From a virus (taxonomy: Duplodnaviria; Caudoviricetes): a DNA stretch of 59,728 bases. The stretch is taken from positions 1 through 59,728 of IMG/VR virus record IMGVR_UViG_3300018421_000026; one strand, written 5' to 3'. Shown here piece by piece: positions 55,782 through 59,728 of the stretch; position 1 is the first letter of the stretch, and every line of letters begins with the position of its first letter. The translations under genes and the position numbers were made by a program. Under the pieces are notes generated by a model. The model was given only the letters and a program-made list of their open reading frames with translations, was not told where the DNA came from and ran no database searches.

Positions 55782-56011
55782 TGGCAGACAAGATTGAAAT
55801 ATATGGACAGGAAGGCTGCGGCTTCTGCGACAAGGCAAAGGCTTTGTGTGAGAAGCGTGGTCTTCCTTACACCTATTACGAGATAGGCACTGATATAGAT
55901 GTGTCAGATTTTGCCCGACTGTTTCCCCACAAAAAGACAGTGCCACAAATTATGATTAATGGCACACACATTGGCGGCTTTGCCGAACTCAATGCGGAGT
56001 TGACACTGTGA
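55781..56011 (+). CDS. grx: Glutaredoxin
   Basis: CGFC, TVPQI, HIGGF. Confidence 0.92.
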   Translation: MADKIEIYGQEGCGFCDKAKALCEKRGLPYTYYEIGTDIDVSDFARLFPHKKTVPQIMINGTHIGGFAELNAELTL

Positions 56012-56340
56012 GGGTTGACAGAGACTGGGGATACTACATTGTTCTACTGGAGGGCAACGGCTATCTGGTAAAAGAGCTTACCATAAAACCAGGAAAATAT
56101 CTATCCAATCAACGACACCAACACAGGAAAGAAGAGTGGCTTGTAGTGTCGGGCAGCATCAATGTTGTGCTGCAAACAGACCGTGCGCTACAACGTAGCC
56201 TTGTATACCACAAGGGTGACAAGCTCACGATACCAAAAAAGATGTGGCATCATGTTGGCAATATCGGTGACGAAGATGCCAAGATAATTGAGGTATGGAT
56301 AGGTGACATCTTAGATGAAGCAGATATTGAACGGAGATAA
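56008..56340 (+). CDS. Cupin, mannose-6-phosphate isomerase type II C-terminal-like
   Basis: R.WG.Y, S.Q.H.HR.E.W.V.SG, WH, IIEVW.G..L.E.DIER. Confidence 0.8.
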   Translation: MRVDRDWGYYIVLLEGNGYLVKELTIKPGKYLSNQRHQHRKEEWLVVSGSINVVLQTDRALQRSLVYHKGDKLTIPKKMWHHVGNIGDEDAKIIEVWIGDILDEADIERR

Positions 56341-56341
56341 T

Positions 56342-56857
56342 ATGACAAAAGTTATTTTAAACGAGCTAGAAAAAAAGATTGCCCTCTTTGTAGCAAAAAG
56401 TAGGTATGCCAGCAATAGAAGTAACGGCGTAAATCAATTACCATATGGTAAAAATTTATCTGAACTAGAGCCAGATATTATGGGTGCAGAATCAGAAATG
56501 GCTGCTTGTAAAATGCTTAACGCTTACCCTGGAGACTTGTTTACCCTTGGAACAAAGGGCGTTAGGTCTGGTCTAGAAATGGGAGACATAAATTATAACG
56601 GTCTTCGCATTGATGTTAAGACTACACAATGGCAAAGTGGATGCCTTTTGTCAAATCAAAAAAATAAAAATATAGATGTTTTTCTGTTAATGGTAGGGTC
56701 AAATGGTAAGTATGAATGCCGTGGTGCAGTTCAAGCAGATACATTATACAAAGACTCAAACTTTGGCAACAATGGTGGCAGATTTAAACACTCTTGTTGG
56801 TATTTAAAACAAACAGAATTAGAGGACTATAAAAAAGTCCTTGACTTAGCTGCATAA
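56342..56857 (+). CDS. Hypothetical PD-(D/E)xK-like protein, AT-rich
   Basis: G..SE, GD......IDVKTT. Confidence 0.55.
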   Translation: MTKVILNELEKKIALFVAKSRYASNRSNGVNQLPYGKNLSELEPDIMGAESEMAACKMLNAYPGDLFTLGTKGVRSGLEMGDINYNGLRIDVKTTQWQSGCLLSNQKNKNIDVFLLMVGSNGKYECRGAVQADTLYKDSNFGNNGGRFKHSCWYLKQTELEDYKKVLDLAA

Positions 56858-56869
56858 TTTTCATATAAT
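56841..56869 (+). promoter_or_regulatory. Near-consensus promoter for the glycosyltransferase operon
   Basis: TTGACT-17-TATAAT(AT). Confidence 0.75.
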
Positions 56870-56943
56870 ATAAGACAAGCGGTGGGCAGAGTTCTTCAGT
56901 CCTTTCTCTCTCCTGTCCACCGCACCCTTATATTGGAGCAGTT

Positions 56944-57708
56944 ATGAAAAGAAGACCAGTTATTTATGTAGGATATGACGAGCGTGACCATCGAGCCTAT
57001 GAGGTTCTGGAACACTCCATCCGCAAATACAACAAAACATATGACATTATCCCCCTGCTTGAGCCAGAGCTTCGGCGCATTGGTTTGTATCGCAGGGCTT
57101 CACGTGTGTTTGAACACGACCCAAAGCAACGCTATGATGTCTTCGACAACAAACCATTCAGCACAGACTTTACGTTTACTCGTTTCCTTGTTCCCGCATT
57201 GAACCAGTATCAAGGGTTGGCATTGTTTATGGATGCCGATATGTTTGTGCGTGGTGACATCGAAGGCATATTCGGTGTGTATGGCAAGAGGACAGAGTTT
57301 GCCGTTCAATGTGTCAAGCACAAATATGAGCCGCCCGAAGGAGCAAAGATGGACGGGGTTGCCCAAACCCGCTATCGCAGAAAGAACTGGTCTAGCTTTA
57401 TGTTATTCAACTGCTCCCACCCCAGCAACAAAAAGCTTACCGTTGATGCAGTGAATCTGCAATCAGGTTCTTGGCTGCACTCTTTTGGGTGGCTTAACGA
57501 TGACGAGATTGGAGATATACATGAAGAATGGAACTGGCTTGACGGACATTCAAGCGAACATGTTGAGGCAAAGAATGCTCACTTTACAACGGGTGGTCCG
57601 TGGTTTAAGGGATGGCAACCCAAGCGGCCTATTGATGAGGCGTATGCAGAAGAGTGGCAAGCCGCTGAAAAAGAAATAACAACGCAGCTTATATTGGAGA
57701 ACATGTAA
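56944..57708 (+). CDS. GT-A fold glycosyltransferase (GT8/CDI-like)
   Basis: VGYD.R, STDFTFTRFLVP, FMDADM (DxD), RKNWSS.MLFN, WNWL, HFT.GGPW. Confidence 0.85.
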   Translation: MKRRPVIYVGYDERDHRAYEVLEHSIRKYNKTYDIIPLLEPELRRIGLYRRASRVFEHDPKQRYDVFDNKPFSTDFTFTRFLVPALNQYQGLALFMDADMFVRGDIEGIFGVYGKRTEFAVQCVKHKYEPPEGAKMDGVAQTRYRRKNWSSFMLFNCSHPSNKKLTVDAVNLQSGSWLHSFGWLNDDEIGDIHEEWNWLDGHSSEHVEAKNAHFTTGGPWFKGWQPKRPIDEAYAEEWQAAEKEITTQLILENM

Positions 57709-59728
57709 TGTATACTTTTGTAACCAGCTTTCCAAAACAATTTGAAAAAGAATACGGACTGCCAATGCTGGAGTCTGTTGTTAATAAATGGAAGCCAACA
57801 GATTTTAAACTATACGTATACCTAGAGGGATATAGTGGAAAGACAGATAGCCTACCACAGGTAAGCTTTATTACCTATCGACACATCGAAGATGTTCAGG
57901 CACGTAACGATTTTATTGAGCGTAACGCAGACAAGAACGGACGCTTTGCAGAAGCTCCCTATAACTATAGGCTGGACGCTGTTCGTTTCTGCAATAAAGT
58001 ATATGCGTATTCTGACCTTGCCTTTGAGCTTATTGACCAAGAGTATAAAGGCTGGTTGGCATGGCTTGATGCTGACACTATTACAAAGAAAAGATTCACC
58101 GCAGAAGATGCAGCCAAGATTATGCTTGACGAAGTAGATATGGTACACCTTGGTCGCATCGACATTGACTACAGCGAGACAGGCTTTACCGCTTGGAACA
58201 TGGCATATCATAACGCTTGCTCACACATTGTAGATATTCGTGGTGCATACGATACTGACGAAGTGTTTGGCTATCGTGAGTGGACTGATTCGTTTGTATA
58301 CACACGACTGTTAAAAGTATATGAAGCACATGGCGCTAAAGTACGCAATCTATCAGAGGGCGTGCGTGGCCTAGAGGTGTTTGAAAACTGTATGTTGAAC
58401 GAACACTTTACACATAACAAAGGCAATCGTAAGTGGCAGAGCAAACAAGAAGTATCCCCCGATGTTATTGGTCCAAAGCGTTACAAGCAGCTTGCCGACA
58501 TGGTTCGCTTCTATGCAGAAGGCCGTGATACATTTACTATTGTCGAAACAGGCACATGGAATGGTGGCCGTGCTATTGAGATGGCTCTTGCTGCTTTTGA
58601 AAAAGTAGATACGGTACACTATCGTGGCTTTGATTTGTTTGAAGAAGCAACAGAAGAAACTGACAAGCTAGAACTAAACATCAAGGCACATAATGCCACT
58701 GAAGCCGTAGGCCGAAGGCTTGCAGAGTTCACAGTTAAGATGAAAGAGCAGGGTAAAAACTTTACGCACACCCTGCACTGCGGTAATACAAAAGAAACAA
58801 TGAAGGGTAAGCACTTTGACGATGTAGACCTTGCATATATTGATGGTGGTCACTCATACGACACAGTTAAAAGCGACTACACGTTTTTAAAAGATGTTCC
58901 TGTTGTGGTATTTGACGATTATTATTCTCACGAAGACGAAGAGTTTTTAAACAATCCTGATTACAACGGCATAATCAGAACATTCCAGGAAATTAAAGAC
59001 ACTAACAAATATGTCTTGCCATCAGATGACCCAACTGCCTTTGGAGGTAAGGTGCATCTTGGTGTAGTCGTATCTAAAAAAGAAAAAGATTTACCGCAAG
59101 AGTTTATGCGTGTCCCGATTATTGTAAAGCCCAAAGACTCAATGCCACAGGATGACATCCATAAAAATATTATTTACAATGTAGAAAAGATTGGCGACTT
59201 TGATTGGGTCAAGCAATATAAAACAAATAATAAGCACGCCATCATTGCATCAGGCGGTCAGCTTGATATGGATAAAATTAAAGAAGTTCAAGAAAAATAC
59301 GATGCCGAAGTGTGGTGTGTTAAGCACTCATATCCTCGCCTTCTTGAAGCAGGTATCAAGCCTACAGCCTGTGTTATCCTTGACCCACGGCCTGTCGATG
59401 GTGTAAGCACACACGGTGTAAAGCGTAAAGACCTGTTTAAAAAGGTTGACCCTAGCACCCTGTTTGTAATTGCCAGTATGACTGACATATCTGCAGTAGA
59501 TTACATCATGTCAAAAACAGATAATATCAAAGGCTTCCATGCCTTTACAGATGCTGTGCGTGATACAGAAAGAGATGACAAGTTTGTTGTTAATCCCAAG
59601 TTGCCCATCCCTGGTGGTACAGTATTTATTTCTGGTGGCACAGCTTCAGCAACACGAACTGTTGGCCTGTTAGAAACACTTGGCTATCGTAACCTACACC
59701 TATTTGGATTTGATTGCAGCGTAACAGA
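57708..59728 (+). CDS. Glycosyltransferase - SAM methyltransferase - Maf/DUF115 triple fusion (3' truncated, not in ORF track)
   Basis: Open frame of more than 670 codons from the TAATG-coupled ATG. GT-A: RFCNKVYA, WLDAD, YSETGF. MTase: ETGTWNG, GFDLF, YIDGGHSYDTVKSD, VVFDDY. Maf-like: IIASGG, GIKP..CVILDP, LGYRNLHLFGFDCS. Confidence 0.85.
   Translation, partial: MYTFVTSFPKQFEKEYGLPMLESVVNKWKPTDFKLYVYLEGYSGKTDSLPQVSFITYRHIEDVQARNDFIERNADKNGRFAEAPYNYRLDAVRFCNKVYAYSDLAFELIDQEYKGWLAWLDADTITKKRFTAEDAAKIMLDEVDMVHLGRIDIDYSETGFTAWNMAYHNACSHIVDIRGAYDTDEVFGYREWTDSFVYTRLLKVYEAHGAKVRNLSEGVRGLEVFENCMLNEHFTHNKGNRKWQSKQEVSPDVIGPKRYKQLADMVRFYAEGRDTFTIVETGTWNGGRAIEMALAAFEKVDTVHYRGFDLFEEATEETDKLELNIKAHNATEAVGRRLAEFTVKMKEQGKNFTHTLHCGNTKETMKGKHFDDVDLAYIDGGHSYDTVKSDYTFLKDVPVVVFDDYYSHEDEEFLNNPDYNGIIRTFQEIKDTNKYVLPSDDPTAFGGKVHLGVVVSKKEKDLPQEFMRVPIIVKPKDSMPQDDIHKNIIYNVEKIGDFDWVKQYKTNNKHAIIASGGQLDMDKIKEVQEKYDAEVWCVKHSYPRLLEAGIKPTACVILDPRPVDGVSTHGVKRKDLFKKVDPSTLFVIASMTDISAVDYIMSKTDNIKGFHAFTDAVRDTERDDKFVVNPKLPIPGGTVFISGGTASATRTVGLLETLGYRNLHLFGFDCSVT

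Noticed and set aside
1-59728. Prophage, phage RNA polymerase, intron/intein or recoded genetic code
   Set aside because: No integrase, repressor or RNAP seen; core genes have normal length and are intact under code 11

Overview
This window is almost certainly a near-complete (about 60 kb) genome of a lytic, podovirus-like tailed dsDNA phage, probably marine. An alphaproteobacterial host is inferred, not shown. The genome has two divergent arms separated by a non-coding block at about 36.85-37.5 kb. The minus-strand late arm (36850 to 1683) carries TerL, a lipoprotein, portal, GroES, scaffold, major capsid, adaptor, a cluster of small very basic proteins, a duplicated tail-fibre cassette region, tail/ejection proteins, an M15 endolysin, a holin and a secreted-protein module. 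The plus-strand early/middle arm (37.5 kb to the end, continuing at 1-1696) carries many small early genes, a T7-like replisome (primase-helicase, PolA, SSB, endonuclease I) with no phage RNA polymerase or integrase, tRNA-Arg(UCU), peroxiredoxin, ThyX, class II RNR, glutaredoxin and a glycan-synthesis operon that also contains TerS. The most notable observations are: (1) an unannotated 48-aa ORF (42966-43112) with the ArfA ribosome-rescue motif KKGKGSYxRKGKH; (2) an unannotated glycosyltransferase-methyltransferase-Maf/DUF115 triple fusion (57708 to the end, apparently continuing at 1-236) beside a second GT, a cupin and Gmd, suggesting phage-directed glycosylation; (3) a recurring xxxGG di-glycine motif shared by basic core-like and ejection proteins; (4) a promoter- and terminator-bounded candidate sRNA, several structured 5' leaders, and leaderless late genes. 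All family assignments come from motif recognition by eye; no searches were run.
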